Part shown: positions 41,031-52,574 of the stretch, one piece after another | Layout of the letters: every line of letters begins with the position of its first letter | Numbering within the stretch: the first letter of the stretch is position 1 | Assembly (NCBI GenBank): GCA_002495885.1 | Contig: DAHG01000025.1 | Span: 19,022 to 83,021, forward strand | From: Methanocellaceae archaeon UBA148 | Lineage (GTDB): Archaea > Halobacteriota > UBA148 | DNA: 64,000 bases | Direction: 5' to 3' | Notes under the pieces: generated by a model | Databases searched by the model: none | What the model saw: only the letters and a program-made list of their open reading frames with translations | What the model was told of the DNA's origin: nothing | Position numbers and translations under genes: made by a program

Positions 41031-41622
41031 CTATGTTCAATAACTTTCGAATGACTTGGCTTATCGAGAGAGAGCAGATAAAATACCAGAAGAGCCATGC
41101 GGGCACAAATCGCAGGACCATGTCAGTTGCCAATATCTTGATACCATAGAACGGCAACATGATCGTGGCCTCTGGCTGTAGTACAAATATTAGATAATAC
41201 AGCCAGCCGAATATGGGCAGTGTGACCAACATCGTATATGACATCGGCTTGAATTGCTGCTTCATCATCTCGGACTGCATTTGCATTATTTCAGCCCTTT
41301 GCTCCTCCAACTTCTTTAGTTTGTTCTTATTCCCTGATAGCTGAGCTTCTCTAAACTCCTTTTGAAAAACTTTCATTTGCTCCTGAGCCTTCTTTGTGGC
41401 CTCCCAGTTGATAGTATATTTCTGGATGATTGAAACGTATAAACCCGTTATTACTGACAATAGTAAAATCACGATATGGATTGGTAATACTGTTAAAGGT
41501 CCTAACAGATCGTTCATCATAGCTCCTAGCGAATCTCGGAATTCTTGGCTCGTAAACCCGATTATGAGGCAGAATCCTGCAATCAATGCAAATCTATCTA
41601 AGTATTCCTTCCACTTGCTCAT
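41023..41622 (-). CDS. DUF106-family membrane protein (archaeal YidC/Oxa1/EMC3-like), conserved neighbour of secY
   Basis: Three TM segments plus a K/E-rich coiled coil, 'QEQMKVFQKEFREAQ', in the conserved secY-adk/cmk context. Confidence 0.6.
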   Translation of the reverse strand: MSKWKEYLDRFALIAGFCLIIGFTSQEFRDSLGAMMNDLLGPLTVLPIHIVILLLSVITGLYVSIIQKYTINWEATKKAQEQMKVFQKEFREAQLSGNKNKLKKLEEQRAEIMQMQSEMMKQQFKPMSYTMLVTLPIFGWLYYLIFVLQPEATIMLPFYGIKILATDMVLRFVPAWLFWYFICSLSISQVIRKLLNIGA

Positions 41623-43122
41623 CTATTTCTCACCAAAAAATCCTCTCAGCATGGGATGCATCTCCATTATCTGCTGGGATGCCAACTGCTCGTACATTCC
41701 ATATACGATGCTGACGGTCAGCAAAAGACCAGTTCCACCAGCTTGTCCAATAGTGCCAGTAAAACTCGCCAATGCAGCCAATGCGCCGATGAACGCGCCA
41801 CCAATTATGGTTACCTTGGGTATATATCGGTTCATCACCTTTTCGATGGATGCAATATTTTGCCTGAATCCCGGAATTTGCATTCCAGATCTTTGAATTT
41901 GTTCCGCCACACTTCTGGGATCCATTCCACTTGTATCGATCCAGAACAGGGCAAATACGATGGATCCAAGAATCATGATGACCAAGTAAACGATTATTCT
42001 GAGAGCGATCTGCCATGGTAAGTGCATTGCTACGCTGGGTATCAATTCAGTGGGACTATTTATTGGCGAAATATAATACATGATCCCAGAGATGGCAGTA
42101 TTCCCCTCGTATGCGCCTATCAGTGAATTATGCCCGACGATTGATAGATCACTATACCAGAGTAGCATGCCGACCATCTGCAGGTTAGCAATCAGTGCCA
42201 TGACCAGGATTATTGGCAGAACCGAGGCGTAGATCAATTTAACCGGGAATCTGCCCCTTGCGCCACGTACGGCAGAGTGTGCGAGTGGAATCTCAATTCT
42301 TGTGCTTTCGGCATATACAACTATGGCAAAGACCAATATAGTGCCGATCAAAGCCAACAATCCACCGCCCATCATCAAGAAGATTAAGCCATCTCCTGTG
42401 AGCACCCAATCAAAACCCATCGTAGTGAATATCTCATACCATCTTGGGATAAGTCCGATTGGAAGCATCTCCCCGGTGAACGGATGTATGGTAAATGGAT
42501 CGGATGCCCAATGAAAAATACCACGTACCAAAGCCCCAGCTACACCCGCAACGATGAAAAGGCCGACTCCGGAGCCAATGCCCCATTTCGATGCCGTCTC
42601 GTCCATGAATAGGATGAGAACGCCGCCAATGCACACTTGGATGAAGATTATCGCCGTTATTACTGTCGGAGATACGCCCAATCTACTTGCTAATTCTAAA
42701 TCTGGCAATAAGTAGCCGGCCATTATCTGGGGGAGTGTTGTTAGCGCGATCATGACGAATACAAGTGTCTTTTGCGCACCTTGGAATATCGCTTGATCTT
42801 TTGGATCAGACAGGTTCAGTTTGATTATATCTGCACCGACGAAAAGTTGCAATATTATGGAAGCTGTTACTATTGGGCCTATTCCCAGCAGTATCAGTGA
42901 GCCTGATTCCCCGGCCATGACAGTTCGATACATCTCAAATAAGTCTCTTGAATCTGGGTTTAGACCGAATAGAGGCACATTTGAAAGCGCCAGATACAGT
43001 ACGAGGATGCCAAGAGTCCATACTAATTTGTTTTTGAGATGAACGTGACCTACCGGTCTTTTTACAGCAGGCAACCTGTTGAAAAATGGTTCCAGGCGAT
43101 CCTTAATACCTATTTCACCCAA
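41623..43122 (-). CDS. secY: Preprotein translocase subunit SecY
   Basis: 499 aa, 10 TM, with 'GIGPIVTASIILQLF'. Confidence 0.95.
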   Translation of the reverse strand: MGEIGIKDRLEPFFNRLPAVKRPVGHVHLKNKLVWTLGILVLYLALSNVPLFGLNPDSRDLFEMYRTVMAGESGSLILLGIGPIVTASIILQLFVGADIIKLNLSDPKDQAIFQGAQKTLVFVMIALTTLPQIMAGYLLPDLELASRLGVSPTVITAIIFIQVCIGGVLILFMDETASKWGIGSGVGLFIVAGVAGALVRGIFHWASDPFTIHPFTGEMLPIGLIPRWYEIFTTMGFDWVLTGDGLIFLMMGGGLLALIGTILVFAIVVYAESTRIEIPLAHSAVRGARGRFPVKLIYASVLPIILVMALIANLQMVGMLLWYSDLSIVGHNSLIGAYEGNTAISGIMYYISPINSPTELIPSVAMHLPWQIALRIIVYLVIMILGSIVFALFWIDTSGMDPRSVAEQIQRSGMQIPGFRQNIASIEKVMNRYIPKVTIIGGAFIGALAALASFTGTIGQAGGTGLLLTVSIVYGMYEQLASQQIMEMHPMLRGFFGEK

Positions 43123-43472
43123 ACCTTACCACCCATCTTCTCTAATTTAATTTTCGCTGTTTCAGAAAATTCGCTGGCATTAAGAACGAATTTTTTCGTT
43201 ACTTGGCCACTACCCAATACTTTAGTCACTCCCATATCTGCCAAATCTATATAGATTAACCCCTGCTCTTCTTTTGCAATCCCCTTGTCAATTAAATAAT
43301 CTGAGATCTTGTCGAGTTCACCTATGTTAATGGTTATTTTTTCTTCAATAACCTTGGGAGGGCGTTTGAATCCATGGGGGGGCTCTCTGTACACTCTGGG
43401 TTTAGAGCCTTTTCTGTTATGCCCCATGCCAAATGTTTTTTTACCACGCATTTTCTTTGTTTTGTCGCGCAT
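43110..43472 (-). CDS. rpl15: 50S ribosomal protein L15 (uL15)
   Basis: Basic N-terminus 'KKMRGKKTFGMGHNRKG', located upstream of secY. Confidence 0.85.
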   Translation of the reverse strand: MRDKTKKMRGKKTFGMGHNRKGSKPRVYREPPHGFKRPPKVIEEKITINIGELDKISDYLIDKGIAKEEQGLIYIDLADMGVTKVLGSGQVTKKFVLNASEFSETAKIKLEKMGGKVWVK

Positions 43473-43477
43473 AAGTA

Positions 43478-43942
43478 TCACCGCATTTGTTTGAGGAGGT
43501 CATTGATGTTCTCACCATAAAATCCGAGCGCTCCTCCTTGCTGGAAACTTTTTTTAATCCCCCTGTGTCCACCTCGCGGGGGGTGGAGTCGAAACACTGG
43601 TGTGAGCATAGGAAGAGTGTCTCTTAGTGACACCTCCCCCTCATAGAGTGCTTTTGCCAAGCTCTTTATTGAACCGTAACTCGTGTTTTCTTTCACATAC
43701 TTCTCTGTAAGTGGAGTTCCACCTATGAGTTCGCCTCTCGTCTTTAAGATCAATGCAAGCGATTCTTTGCTGACATTACCCCAAGCAACGTAATCCTTAA
43801 TTTTTCGAATCATTCCTTCATTGTTGGGATTTTCATCCAAGAAAACGCAGTGATTTACCCGGTTTAAACGTAACATGTGCAGCGTGTCTTCTATCTCTGG
43901 TCTGAGATTAATGGTTCCCCTTAGCATGATCACCGCATACAT
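43478..43942 (-). CDS. rpl30: 50S ribosomal protein L30 (uL30)
   Basis: 'MYAVIMLRGTINLRPEIEDTLHMLRL'. Confidence 0.85.
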   Translation of the reverse strand: MYAVIMLRGTINLRPEIEDTLHMLRLNRVNHCVFLDENPNNEGMIRKIKDYVAWGNVSKESLALILKTRGELIGGTPLTEKYVKENTSYGSIKSLAKALYEGEVSLRDTLPMLTPVFRLHPPRGGHRGIKKSFQQGGALGFYGENINDLLKQMR

Positions 43943-43943
43943 A

Positions 43944-44561
43944 TCACTTAAGCCCCCTTATAGTCGCAGTTTGTTTTAGCGCTTCATACGTGGCTTTTGC
44001 AAAATTTAGCGTGGTTCTGGTTTCCCCTCTAGTAAAAGTCCAAACATCCTTGATACCAGCTAACTCTAATACCTTCCTGATGGATTCTCCCGATGCAATT
44101 CCGAGTCCTCTGGGTGCTGGTTTAAGCACGACTGTGGCACTGCCTACCTTTCCTTTGACTTCTAATGGGACAGTATGTGGCAGATCACAACCGCACTCCC
44201 AGGAACCGCAACCCCTCCGAATCTGTATCAGATTTCGCTTTGCAGCGTTGATCGCTTTGAGGATAGCAAACCCAACCTGTACATCCCTGCCCTGACCAAG
44301 TCCAACATAGCCGTCACCATTACCTACGACGACGGCCACTCTGAATTTGATTCTGCGCCCAGAATCGGTCATTCGCTGTACCATATTAACATCTAGGACT
44401 TCATCCACCAAGTCTGGCAGAAGGGCATCCACTATCTGATGCTCCCTGATAGGAAGACCAGATTCAATTGCTCCATCCATAGACTTGATTTTACCTTCTA
44501 GGACTAACTTCCCCAGACGGGTCTTTGGAATCCATGGCCCCTCATCTATTTTTGTAGACAT
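43944..44561 (-). CDS. rps5: 30S ribosomal protein S5 (uS5)
   Basis: '[19 protein letters not shown]' S5 signature. Confidence 0.9.
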   Translation of the reverse strand: MSTKIDEGPWIPKTRLGKLVLEGKIKSMDGAIESGLPIREHQIVDALLPDLVDEVLDVNMVQRMTDSGRRIKFRVAVVVGNGDGYVGLGQGRDVQVGFAILKAINAAKRNLIQIRRGCGSWECGCDLPHTVPLEVKGKVGSATVVLKPAPRGLGIASGESIRKVLELAGIKDVWTFTRGETRTTLNFAKATYEALKQTATIRGLK

Positions 44562-45032
44562 CTATTCACCTTGATTAAAATCGCTCAGCATTTTTTCTTT
44601 GATATCATCAAAGGATACAGTAATGTTCTTGATTCGTTCCTCAGACGGAAACATGACTGGATCATGCGGGATGCTCATACCTGCATCGGTAATACCCTTT
44701 AGTGCAGCATAAATTTTTGAGCCCGGAGACGACGTCTGTAGCCCAATATCCAGCACAGCCTCATTAGCTATCTTTTTTGCCCTAAGGCCGAATAACAATC
44801 CAGTTAAGTATGCAGCAGACGTATTTCCAGTTTTATTAAGTCCAAACTTTTTTAGCTCGGAGGAAATTACAGACAATCGTGTGACATCTCCTTGCTCGCC
44901 TAGATAAACCAGTTGCACGACTATATGCTTTAGGCTTTTTCGCACCACAACCCGCGGTTTTTGTGATAACAACAATTTAAGCCTCTGCCTAAAATTCGTC
45001 TTTCCTTCCTTTCTTCTCCTAAATTTCGCCAT
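44562..45032 (-). CDS. rpl18: 50S ribosomal protein L18 (uL18)
   Basis: 'FRRRKEGKTNFRQRLKLL'. Confidence 0.9.
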   Translation of the reverse strand: MAKFRRRKEGKTNFRQRLKLLLSQKPRVVVRKSLKHIVVQLVYLGEQGDVTRLSVISSELKKFGLNKTGNTSAAYLTGLLFGLRAKKIANEAVLDIGLQTSSPGSKIYAALKGITDAGMSIPHDPVMFPSEERIKNITVSFDDIKEKMLSDFNQGE

Positions 45033-45034
45033 GC

Positions 45035-45475
45035 CTAACTCCTTTTGGTTTTCAGATGAGCATCTAAGTGAGAAACATCCCGAAACTCTCCACTTGTGGC
45101 CCTACCATATAGTTTTCTGTACATACTTACATCTATTGTGCCGTCTTCTCTAAGTGTTTTAAGCCTCTTTCGAAGAGCCCTAATCTTGTTCACCCATCTC
45201 TCGTTCCCCAACATCCTAGCGCCCTTTGCACCCCGACGACTGCCGTGTCCTTTTCGATGTCCGTATGCTTTCTTTTTATCTTTTGCACGTGTTCTGCCAC
45301 GGCTTATGCCATTCTGAAGCTTTCGCTTAATGATTCCATCTGCGATCAGTTTCCGAATATCCTCTCTCGTGATCGCTGTAGATATGTCTTCAGCTTTTTC
45401 AGCATCCATCCACACTCTTCCCATGCCGACATCAAGAATATCAGCAGCCATTCTCTTTTGATTATATAGGTCCAT
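45035..45475 (-). CDS. rpl19e: 50S ribosomal protein L19e
   Basis: 'MDLYNQKRMAADIL' N-terminus, K/R-rich. Confidence 0.9.
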   Translation of the reverse strand: MDLYNQKRMAADILDVGMGRVWMDAEKAEDISTAITREDIRKLIADGIIKRKLQNGISRGRTRAKDKKKAYGHRKGHGSRRGAKGARMLGNERWVNKIRALRKRLKTLREDGTIDVSMYRKLYGRATSGEFRDVSHLDAHLKTKRS

Positions 45476-45476
45476 C

Positions 45477-46067
45477 TTACTCCCTCGCAGTCGGATTTAA
45501 CACTTTGATGCCGAATTCTTCCGCTTTTTCCTCTATGTCCAGTCTTTTCTTCTTCCCAACACCGCTACCGATTCGAATCGCTTGTTCTGTTTCGTTAATA
45601 TTTTCAATGTCTTTTGGACGATGTACCAAGACTTCTTCATAGCCAGATGGATGTAATCCTCTCACTTCTTTAGGACTGCCATATCCTATTTGGACTGTTG
45701 CACCTTTTGCAGCAATTCTTTTGCGCAACTTGTTATGCATGCCTATGGGGTATCTCCAACTTTCATCAAGCTTCTTTTTCTTATGTGAGTCGTGGCGTCT
45801 AAAAGATGGTTTTTTACTTTTCTGTCGCTTTCTGACCTTGAGGAGATGTTCTTTTTCGTCTGAGAAACTTTTTTTTGCCCCAACTGCCTTTTGTATGCTC
45901 TCTGCCAGGGACAGGTTAATGCCTTTCACAGCATTGAGATCATCTATCGAAGCTCTTCGAATATCATTAACGGACTTAAATCCGGATTGATAGAGCGCTT
46001 GGACTTTAGCCTTGCCAAGTCCTTTTATCTTTGGAAGACCCTCAATCATTTCGTCCATTGCGACCAC
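45477..46067 (-). CDS. rpl32e: 50S ribosomal protein L32e with an N-terminal helix-hairpin-helix extension
   Basis: The C-terminal '[18 protein letters not shown]...[16 protein letters not shown]' region is L32e. The N-terminal ~90 aa carries two '[13 protein letters not shown]' HhH-like motifs. Confidence 0.8.
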   Translation of the reverse strand: MVAMDEMIEGLPKIKGLGKAKVQALYQSGFKSVNDIRRASIDDLNAVKGINLSLAESIQKAVGAKKSFSDEKEHLLKVRKRQKSKKPSFRRHDSHKKKKLDESWRYPIGMHNKLRKRIAAKGATVQIGYGSPKEVRGLHPSGYEEVLVHRPKDIENINETEQAIRIGSGVGKKKRLDIEEKAEEFGIKVLNPTARE

Positions 46068-46588
46068 CCTACTATATAGATGCCGTCTTGGAAGACCCTA
46101 GAGTCACGCTTTTTGATGCGAGTTGCCTGCTCTATATTCGCAGCAGTTTGAGCCACCAATTCCTTGTCTATACCCCTTACAAAAATCTCATCATTGGCAA
46201 CCTGTACGTCTACGTTGGGGATAATCTTTGCTTTTCTTGGCTTCCGTTCACCTAAAAAGTTGCCAATTGAAAGCGTGTTTCCTTCAACTTTAACTTGGAT
46301 TGGGAAGTGGGCATATACTATCTTTAACTTATATTCGAATCCCTTCGTTACACCCAAGATCATGTTTTTGATGTGCGAGACAAATGTACCTACAATTGCG
46401 TTTTGGGCTCTACCGACAACTTCGGTATCTACAACAACTTTTGAATCAGTTTTTGTGATCTTAACTCCCGGGTACACAAACTCGCGTTGCAACTCGCCCT
46501 TGGGACCTGATATCTTTACCACGTACTCTTCAATGCTTACTTTTGTGTCGTCTGGAATTGAAATGTCAATTTTTTCCTCTGTCACCAT
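46046..46588 (-). CDS. rpl6: 50S ribosomal protein L6 (uL6)
   Basis: Two-domain L6 with '[10 protein letters not shown]'. Confidence 0.9.
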   Translation of the reverse strand: MVTEEKIDISIPDDTKVSIEEYVVKISGPKGELQREFVYPGVKITKTDSKVVVDTEVVGRAQNAIVGTFVSHIKNMILGVTKGFEYKLKIVYAHFPIQVKVEGNTLSIGNFLGERKPRKAKIIPNVDVQVANDEIFVRGIDKELVAQTAANIEQATRIKKRDSRVFQDGIYIVGWSQWTK

Positions 46589-46591
46589 ACA

Positions 46592-46978
46592 TCACCACAC
46601 ATATGCGAGCAGTGCCCCGCCGATACCTTTTTCCTTAGCCGTATAATGGGGTATTATACCTTCCGAAGTCGTAAGAATCAGGGTACCAAAGTCTCTGGCA
46701 GGCAGGAACTGTTTTTCCCATTTTTCAAAATCCGTCTTTTGGACAGAAAATCGTGGAGTTATAACTCCACATTTGTTGATTTTACCATGTAATTGTACCT
46801 TAAATAATCCTGATTTTTCATCATCGATGAACTCAAAACTGCTGATGTATCCCTGATCTTGCATGACCTTGAGTACACTGCCAATGAGCTTTGACGCTTT
46901 CAGTACACACTCTCGTTTTCCGATATTTTCAGCATTTTTAATCGTTGATAACGCACTAGCAAGGGAATCTAACGCCAT
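46592..46978 (-). CDS. rps8: 30S ribosomal protein S8 (uS8)
   Basis: '[24 protein letters not shown]'. Confidence 0.9.
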   Translation of the reverse strand: MALDSLASALSTIKNAENIGKRECVLKASKLIGSVLKVMQDQGYISSFEFIDDEKSGLFKVQLHGKINKCGVITPRFSVQKTDFEKWEKQFLPARDFGTLILTTSEGIIPHYTAKEKGIGGALLAYVW

Positions 46979-46987
46979 ATAACTACC

Positions 46988-47131
46988 TCAACTATACTTT
47001 TTGAACCCCATATCCGGTGCAATCTCTCTGAAGCATTGTCTACATAGGTAAATGTTATATTTCCTGACCAATGCCTGTTTTCTGCCACACCTTTTACAGG
47101 AATTTGCACCGCGCCCGAATAATTTTTTCAT
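46988..47131 (-). CDS. rps14: 30S ribosomal protein S14 type Z (zinc-binding, 47 aa). Absent from the ORF track because it is under 60 aa.
   Basis: Hand translation gives [51 protein letters not shown] overlap with the rpl5 stop. Confidence 0.8.
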   Translation of the reverse strand: MKKLFGRGANSCKRCGRKQALVRKYNIYLCRQCFREIAPDMGFKKYS

Positions 47132-47631
47132 ATTACCCCCACACCGAATTGTTCCTTGACAAACGTGATCACATCTTCTTTGGTCAATTTGTGGCTCCTT
47201 GGAATCTTTCTTCTTTGAATTTGTCTTCTACTTATCCTGTATCCTGGTCGCTGTAAAACAACGTTGACATCCATACCAAATATGCCGATATCCGGGTCAT
47301 ACGCCATGCCAGGAAAATCCGTATGCTCCTCGATTCCAAATGAAAAGTTACCCGTATCATCAAACTGTTGCAAGTAAATTTTATTATCCTTTGTACCAAA
47401 TGCCGTTTTCAAAAAATCTTCAGCCCTTTTCTTCCTGAGCGTTACCTTGCAACCAATTGGCTCGCCCTTTTTTATCCCGAATGTTTTTGCATTAATTGCA
47501 GTGGTTCGAACTGGTTTTTGACCAGTTATCCCTTCCATTATTTTCTCGGCGTTCAGCAATCTTTGACCACCCTCACCCAAACACATGTTGACAGTGACTT
47601 TATCGATTTTTATGCACCGCATAGGATTCAT
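47128..47631 (-). CDS. rpl5: 50S ribosomal protein L5 (uL5)
   Basis: '[13 protein letters not shown]...' L5 family. Confidence 0.9.
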   Translation of the reverse strand: MNPMRCIKIDKVTVNMCLGEGGQRLLNAEKIMEGITGQKPVRTTAINAKTFGIKKGEPIGCKVTLRKKRAEDFLKTAFGTKDNKIYLQQFDDTGNFSFGIEEHTDFPGMAYDPDIGIFGMDVNVVLQRPGYRISRRQIQRRKIPRSHKLTKEDVITFVKEQFGVGVI

Positions 47632-48338
47632 TTAGCCACCCCTAAGTCGATCTCTGGCTTGTCGATACCGACGACGAAAACATAATCTTCTATAACTTCG
47701 AATTCTTTTTCACCTTTGACGGTCACCATATTTGGTTTGGAGCTTTTAACTTGTTTTCTCTCTTTGATGGAGCCAATCTCTCCCGAATGTTTGCCGCCGA
47801 TAACCATGGCAAGATTTCCTGGCTTACACTCAAGGTGCTTTGTTATTTCTCGCTGAGGTAATTTTAGCAGGATAGAGTCACCGGTCTTATAGTCGTTTGA
47901 AGCGATGATATTTGAGCCATCATGCAGGTTAAGTTGAACTGCCCCTCCTTTTACCGTTGTTTTATTTTTAATTTTACATAGTTTGGTGTCTGAACTTTTA
48001 ATTGGGTGGAGAATGAAGCGTCTTTTATGATCAAGTAATACCCTGTAACATTTCTTTGTAGATGGAATAGAGACTATGCTGAAGATGCCTATTGGAAACC
48101 GATGATTCTTTCTAATCACACCATCGACGAGGACCTTTCCCTCATTTAAGATATGTTTGATCTCTCTAGTATTTTGACCAAGCCCCAACATGTCTCTCAA
48201 TGCTATGTTCAAAGGAATACAGTTCTCCTTTGAGTTAGGACCAGAACTCGGTCTGGTAACCCATACATTTGTTTTTCTAGTTATTGGCCAGGAAGTAGGT
48301 GCTGATAATCTTTTTTGATGCATTTGTTCACCTCTCAA
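47628..48338 (-). CDS. rps4e: 30S ribosomal protein S4e
   Basis: 'HQKRLSAPTSWPITRK' with a KOW-like domain. Confidence 0.9.
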   Translation of the reverse strand: MRGEQMHQKRLSAPTSWPITRKTNVWVTRPSSGPNSKENCIPLNIALRDMLGLGQNTREIKHILNEGKVLVDGVIRKNHRFPIGIFSIVSIPSTKKCYRVLLDHKRRFILHPIKSSDTKLCKIKNKTTVKGGAVQLNLHDGSNIIASNDYKTGDSILLKLPQREITKHLECKPGNLAMVIGGKHSGEIGSIKERKQVKSSKPNMVTVKGEKEFEVIEDYVFVVGIDKPEIDLGVAK

Positions 48339-48681
48339 GGAGGTCCTTTCGGAACTCGTCTTTCAGATTTAATTTCGTAATAATGACATTGGAAGGGTAG
48401 ATTGGTCTTGCGGTCTCAGATCCGTCTGCTTTTTTTAGAGTAACGCCATCAATGGTCACAATGCCGCGCTTTATGTCCACGTTCTGGACTTTACCCTCCG
48501 TACCAGCATGGTCCCCTCGCATCACTTTTACAACATCGCCTTTTATAACCCTCGCGTTACGTTTGGAGTATTTTTTTCTTTCCTCCTCGTTAAGTGGTGC
48601 TCTCAAGAATTTTTGTCGTATGTGTAATGGTGCATTCATCCTTTCACGACGTTGCTTTCTTGGCTGTTTAGATTTGATCAT
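48328..48681 (-). CDS. rpl24: 50S ribosomal protein L24 (uL24)
   Basis: 'KGDVVKVMRGDHAGTEGKV' KOW motif. Confidence 0.9.
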   Translation of the reverse strand: MIKSKQPRKQRRERMNAPLHIRQKFLRAPLNEEERKKYSKRNARVIKGDVVKVMRGDHAGTEGKVQNVDIKRGIVTIDGVTLKKADGSETARPIYPSNVIITKLNLKDEFRKDLLER

Positions 48682-48695
48682 TTGGATACCTCATA

Positions 48696-49094
48696 TCATA
48701 TTATCATAGTTGCAGTTGATGCAATCTTCGAGAAGCGTTCGGCTACCTCTTTGGCCACAGGCCCTTTGATATCTGTGCCTTTTAGCTCACCTTTTTCGTC
48801 TGTAAGCACGGCCGCATTTTCATCGAATTTGACCCTCAGGCCATTTGGACGTCTAAATTCCTTCTTCTGCCTGACGATCACTGCACGAAGGACTTGTTTT
48901 CTCAGCTCAGGAGTACCTTTCTTAACTGAAACGACGACCATTTCTCCGATACCAGCCTTTGGATATCGTCTTTTGACGCCCCTATAACCAATGACTGAGA
49001 TGACTTGAAGAACCTTTGCACCTGTGTTGTCAGCACATTTTAGTGAAGTTCCAGTTTGAATGGAACGTGGGATACTGGCTTTCATTGCCTTCAT
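48696..49094 (-). CDS. rpl14: 50S ribosomal protein L14 (uL14)
   Basis: '[17 protein letters not shown]'. Confidence 0.9.
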   Translation of the reverse strand: MKAMKASIPRSIQTGTSLKCADNTGAKVLQVISVIGYRGVKRRYPKAGIGEMVVVSVKKGTPELRKQVLRAVIVRQKKEFRRPNGLRVKFDENAAVLTDEKGELKGTDIKGPVAKEVAERFSKIASTATMII

Positions 49095-49095
49095 A

Positions 49096-49419
49096 TTAAA
49101 TCACCTGGATTATCACAAAGCTCTTTGTCTTGCTCAATGGACGACACTCAACTATCTTCACCGTATCGCCCTCCTTAGCAGCTATGCAGGGGGGGTTATG
49201 TGCACTGATCTTTGACTGCCTCTTCTCTTGTCGCAAGTATTTCAAAGACTTTTTGGTAAATTCTCGCTGTACAACGGCTGTCTTTTTTACCTTAGAACTG
49301 ACGACTCTCCCCTCTAAAATTTGCCCTCTAACGGGAAGAATGCCATGGAACGGGCAATTTGGATCATCACATTCTTTTTCAGGTATGGTTACATTCAGTC
49401 CAATATCTCTTACCATCAT
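49096..49419 (-). CDS. rps17: 30S ribosomal protein S17 (uS17)
   Basis: '[20 protein letters not shown]'. Confidence 0.9.
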   Translation of the reverse strand: MMVRDIGLNVTIPEKECDDPNCPFHGILPVRGQILEGRVVSSKVKKTAVVQREFTKKSLKYLRQEKRQSKISAHNPPCIAAKEGDTVKIVECRPLSKTKSFVIIQVI

Positions 49420-49685
49420 TTGCCCCCTCTTAATCTTCTTTTTATTCTATCCTCTGGTCTTGAAACTAGGAGCTTACCATCGACTTTGACCTTGTTATTC
49501 GGAATAGAAAAGATGAATGTTGAGTATGCCTTCGGGATTTTTTTATCCCCTATTACAAGAAGGTTTCTCGTCTCATCCACGACTTTCCCCTTTATCCCTA
49601 CTAGGCTGGAGTTCGTACTGTCGCTGACTTCTGCGAAAAGTCCAATTAATTCATGAAAGATTAGGTTATTTGGAGAAATATCCAT
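49416..49685 (-). CDS. rnp1: Ribonuclease P protein component 1 (Rpp29/Pop4 homologue)
   Basis: 89 aa with '[33 protein letters not shown]', in the conserved L29-S17 position. Confidence 0.75.
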   Translation of the reverse strand: MDISPNNLIFHELIGLFAEVSDSTNSSLVGIKGKVVDETRNLLVIGDKKIPKAYSTFIFSIPNNKVKVDGKLLVSRPEDRIKRRLRGGK

Positions 49686-49892
49686 TTATGCCTCCTCCTG
49701 CTCTCGTTGTATTGTCTTAATTCTGGCTATTGTGCGCCTTATCTCTCGAATTCTGCCTGGATTATCTGGTGCTCCACCTGCAGAAGCGATAGCCCTCTCT
49801 CGAATGAGCTCGTCTGTAAGCTTAACCAACTGCTCTCTTTTTTCTTCAGAGGTCATTTCTCTGATTTCATCGGGCCGTAATATCGCCATCAA
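49686..49892 (-). CDS. rpl29: 50S ribosomal protein L29 (uL29)
   Basis: '[21 protein letters not shown]'. Confidence 0.85.
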   Translation of the reverse strand: MMAILRPDEIREMTSEEKREQLVKLTDELIRERAIASAGGAPDNPGRIREIRRTIARIKTIQREQEEA

Positions 49893-50719
49893 TTGTCACC
49901 TTTGACTTTGGATTTTTTAGCACTGGGTGCTTTTTTTTTGGGTTTTGCTTTAGGCTTTTTAGGCTGAGGCTCTTCTTTAACCTCTTTATCTTTATTATCT
50001 GCCTCTTTTACTTCTGAAATTTCCTTCTCAGGCTTATCTTCGACGACTTTGGCGATCTCTTTGGGCTTTTCAATTCCCCCTACATCTTTATCTATCTTTT
50101 TTGGAGCCTCTTCTATGACCTTCTCCTTATCGATCACTCTGAAGTCATCTGGCAACTCCACACCAGGAGGTACTATCCTAACCTTGATTCCGATAACGCC
50201 AAGTTTCTTTATTGCAATTGCATAGCCCTCATCAACTATCTGTTCAACTGACTCTCCAGCGTGCTTTATGTATCCCGCCAGAAACTTTTCCACTCTTTTT
50301 CTGGGACCGGTGAGCTTTCCAGATATTCTAATCTCACATCCCAGTGCACCCGCATTCATGATTCTTTGCAACGTGGCTCTACCTGCTTTTCGGAAATACC
50401 ATCCTCTTTCTAATGCACTAGCAAGACCTGTTGCCATCATTTGTGCATTTAATTCTGGCTTTTCAACCTCTTGTACATCGATTTGTGGGTTGTCCAAATT
50501 GAACTGGGTATTTAGGTCTTCTGTAAGCTTGCGTATGGTTTTCCCAGATCTTCCGATGATCATTCCTGGCTTTTCAGCATAGATGGTGATCTGTGTTCCC
50601 ATCGGAGTCCTAGTTATGTTCATTCCACCATAACTAGATCTGGTCAGTCTTTTCATGAAACATTCGTTCATCATGGCTTTTTTTAAACCCTCTTGAACGA
50701 ACTTCTTTTCAATAGCCAT
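49889..50719 (-). CDS. rps3: 30S ribosomal protein S3 (uS3) with a K/E-rich C-terminal tail
   Basis: KH domain '[14 protein letters not shown]' plus a lysine/glutamate tail. Confidence 0.9.
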   Translation of the reverse strand: MAIEKKFVQEGLKKAMMNECFMKRLTRSSYGGMNITRTPMGTQITIYAEKPGMIIGRSGKTIRKLTEDLNTQFNLDNPQIDVQEVEKPELNAQMMATGLASALERGWYFRKAGRATLQRIMNAGALGCEIRISGKLTGPRKRVEKFLAGYIKHAGESVEQIVDEGYAIAIKKLGVIGIKVRIVPPGVELPDDFRVIDKEKVIEEAPKKIDKDVGGIEKPKEIAKVVEDKPEKEISEVKEADNKDKEVKEEPQPKKPKAKPKKKAPSAKKSKVKGDN

Positions 50720-51180
50720 CAGTGCACCTCTTCTAAGATTATTTCTATATTCACCGTATCACCATGCTTTGGCGTAGTCCGACCCATCGCCCGTGGGAAA
50801 AACCCCTCGATAACTCGCCCCCTTTTGGCAGATATATGCAGGATTTGCATGCGTTCTGGATCAAGACCTTTGTATTCGGCATTGCTCTGAGCATTCTTGA
50901 CGAGTCTTAGGATTTCAAAGGCAGCTTTCTGGGGATATCGTCCTGCATCCCATTTATGTAGCCCTCTTTTATGGCCTACGTTTCTATTATACCGCTTGAA
51001 CGGAACAGGCCGCTTTAATGCAATTACATCCTCTAGATACTCTCTCGCCTTGGAGATACGCATAGCTTTTAGCTCGCGGCAAATCTCCCTCGCATGTTTT
51101 GGCGAGATTTTAACCTCGTAACACATGGCCTTTGCCGTCGTATCCGACTTTATATCCAGGGAATAATTTATTTTTGCCAT
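50719..51180 (-). CDS. rpl22: 50S ribosomal protein L22 (uL22)
   Basis: '[19 protein letters not shown]'. Confidence 0.9.
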   Translation of the reverse strand: MAKINYSLDIKSDTTAKAMCYEVKISPKHAREICRELKAMRISKAREYLEDVIALKRPVPFKRYNRNVGHKRGLHKWDAGRYPQKAAFEILRLVKNAQSNAEYKGLDPERMQILHISAKRGRVIEGFFPRAMGRTTPKHGDTVNIEIILEEVH

Positions 51181-51184
51181 ATAA

Positions 51185-51598
51185 TCACTTCAGCGGCACA
51201 TATCTACTGGACCTTGTCGCACCGATGCCAGCGCTTCCGTGCATAACTTTCTTACGTGTTAGGGCGAACTCCCCCAGATAATGTCCAACCATCTCTGGTA
51301 AAATTTCCACCCGATTGAAATTTTTACCATCGTGTATCTCAAAGGGTAAACCGACCATCTCTGGTAATATGATCATATCTCTTAAATGAGTTCGTATCAC
51401 TTTTCCTTTCTGGATTCGCTCCAATAATCTCTTGTGACTTTCTGGAAGACCTCTCTTGAGGACACGTCGCTGTCTTGCTGGGAACAACTCAGCTATCTGC
51501 TCCAAATTCATCTTTTTTAGTTCATCAACTCCATAACCGCGATATTTGAATTCTTCTTTTCTTCTCGGTATTCTTGCTTCCTTATCCTTGGCCATCAT
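51185..51598 (-). CDS. rps19: 30S ribosomal protein S19 (uS19)
   Basis: '[22 protein letters not shown]'. Confidence 0.9.
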   Translation of the reverse strand: MMAKDKEARIPRRKEEFKYRGYGVDELKKMNLEQIAELFPARQRRVLKRGLPESHKRLLERIQKGKVIRTHLRDMIILPEMVGLPFEIHDGKNFNRVEILPEMVGHYLGEFALTRKKVMHGSAGIGATRSSRYVPLK

Positions 51599-51605
51599 AA
51601 CCCCC

Positions 51606-52319
51606 CTATCGTTTTCCTGTTCTCCTGGCTGCGATAGACCCTACTTTCATCCCTGGCGGTGCCCCCCTGCCCACAGTCTTTGGCCTTCCTGGATGTTGGC
51701 TCCCACCTCCACCAAACGGGTGGTCAACAACATTCATTGCAACACCCCTTACTCGTGGATACTTTCCCGCTCGTGCTTTCATTTTATGGTACTTTTTGCC
51801 CGCCTTGACGAACGGCTTATCAATTCGTCCACCTCCGGCGACGACGCCGATAGTTGCCTTGCATTTTGGATTTAGCCACTTCGTTTCTCCACTTGGTAAT
51901 TGCACGACCGTCTGATGGACATCATGGGCCACCAGAAGGCCGTATACTCCTGATGATCTTGCGAAAGAGCCCCCATTTCCTGGTTGGCTCTCTATATTAC
52001 ATATTGGAACCCCCTCCGGAATTTCTGCCAGAGGCAATGTATTGCCTTGTTTTATCTCTGCAGATATGCCGCATGCAATATTGTCGCCTACAGCCATGCC
52101 CTCGGGTATGAGAAGGAATCGCTCCGTATCATTATCAAACCTGACTCTCGCTATGGGGGCGCTCCTAGCAGGGTCATGCTCTATGCCAATAATCGTGCCC
52201 TTCACAGTTTCCCCTTCATCTGTTTTTACGTGCTGGAGGTCTGCCTTGTATTTGTGAGACGGAGCCCGATAGGTGGGAGTTCCTCTTCCCCTATTCTGAG
52301 ATATTAGTTGCTTCCCCAT
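51606..52319 (-). CDS. rpl2: 50S ribosomal protein L2 (uL2)
   Basis: '[17 protein letters not shown]'. Confidence 0.95.
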   Translation of the reverse strand: MGKQLISQNRGRGTPTYRAPSHKYKADLQHVKTDEGETVKGTIIGIEHDPARSAPIARVRFDNDTERFLLIPEGMAVGDNIACGISAEIKQGNTLPLAEIPEGVPICNIESQPGNGGSFARSSGVYGLLVAHDVHQTVVQLPSGETKWLNPKCKATIGVVAGGGRIDKPFVKAGKKYHKMKARAGKYPRVRGVAMNVVDHPFGGGGSQHPGRPKTVGRGAPPGMKVGSIAARRTGKR

Positions 52320-52331
52320 GTTTTTTCACCT

Positions 52332-52574
52332 CTAAAAGACCCCTAACCTCGTTGCAATTTCTTCCGCAGAATCATCAGGCGATAGAGTGACAATGGCTTT
52401 TTTCCCTTTTTTGGTAATCATCGTTTTAACATCTATTACGGTTACCCCGTATTTTTCCTCGATCTCCTTTCTGATTTGATTTTTCGTCGACCTCATATCT
52501 ATTATAAATTGAATCTTGTTTCCAGCGTCAATTCCCAAGGATGCTTTTTCAGTTACATAGGGGTGTTTGATCAT
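52332..52574 (-). CDS. rpl23: 50S ribosomal protein L23 (uL23)
   Basis: 80 aa of the L23 family. Confidence 0.9.
   Translation of the reverse strand: MIKHPYVTEKASLGIDAGNKIQFIIDMRSTKNQIRKEIEEKYGVTVIDVKTMITKKGKKAIVTLSPDDSAEEIATRLGVF

Noticed and set aside
41630-42021. Two ~120-aa ORFs on both strands inside secY
   Set aside because: They are internal to a 499-aa conserved SecY gene and are shadow ORFs.
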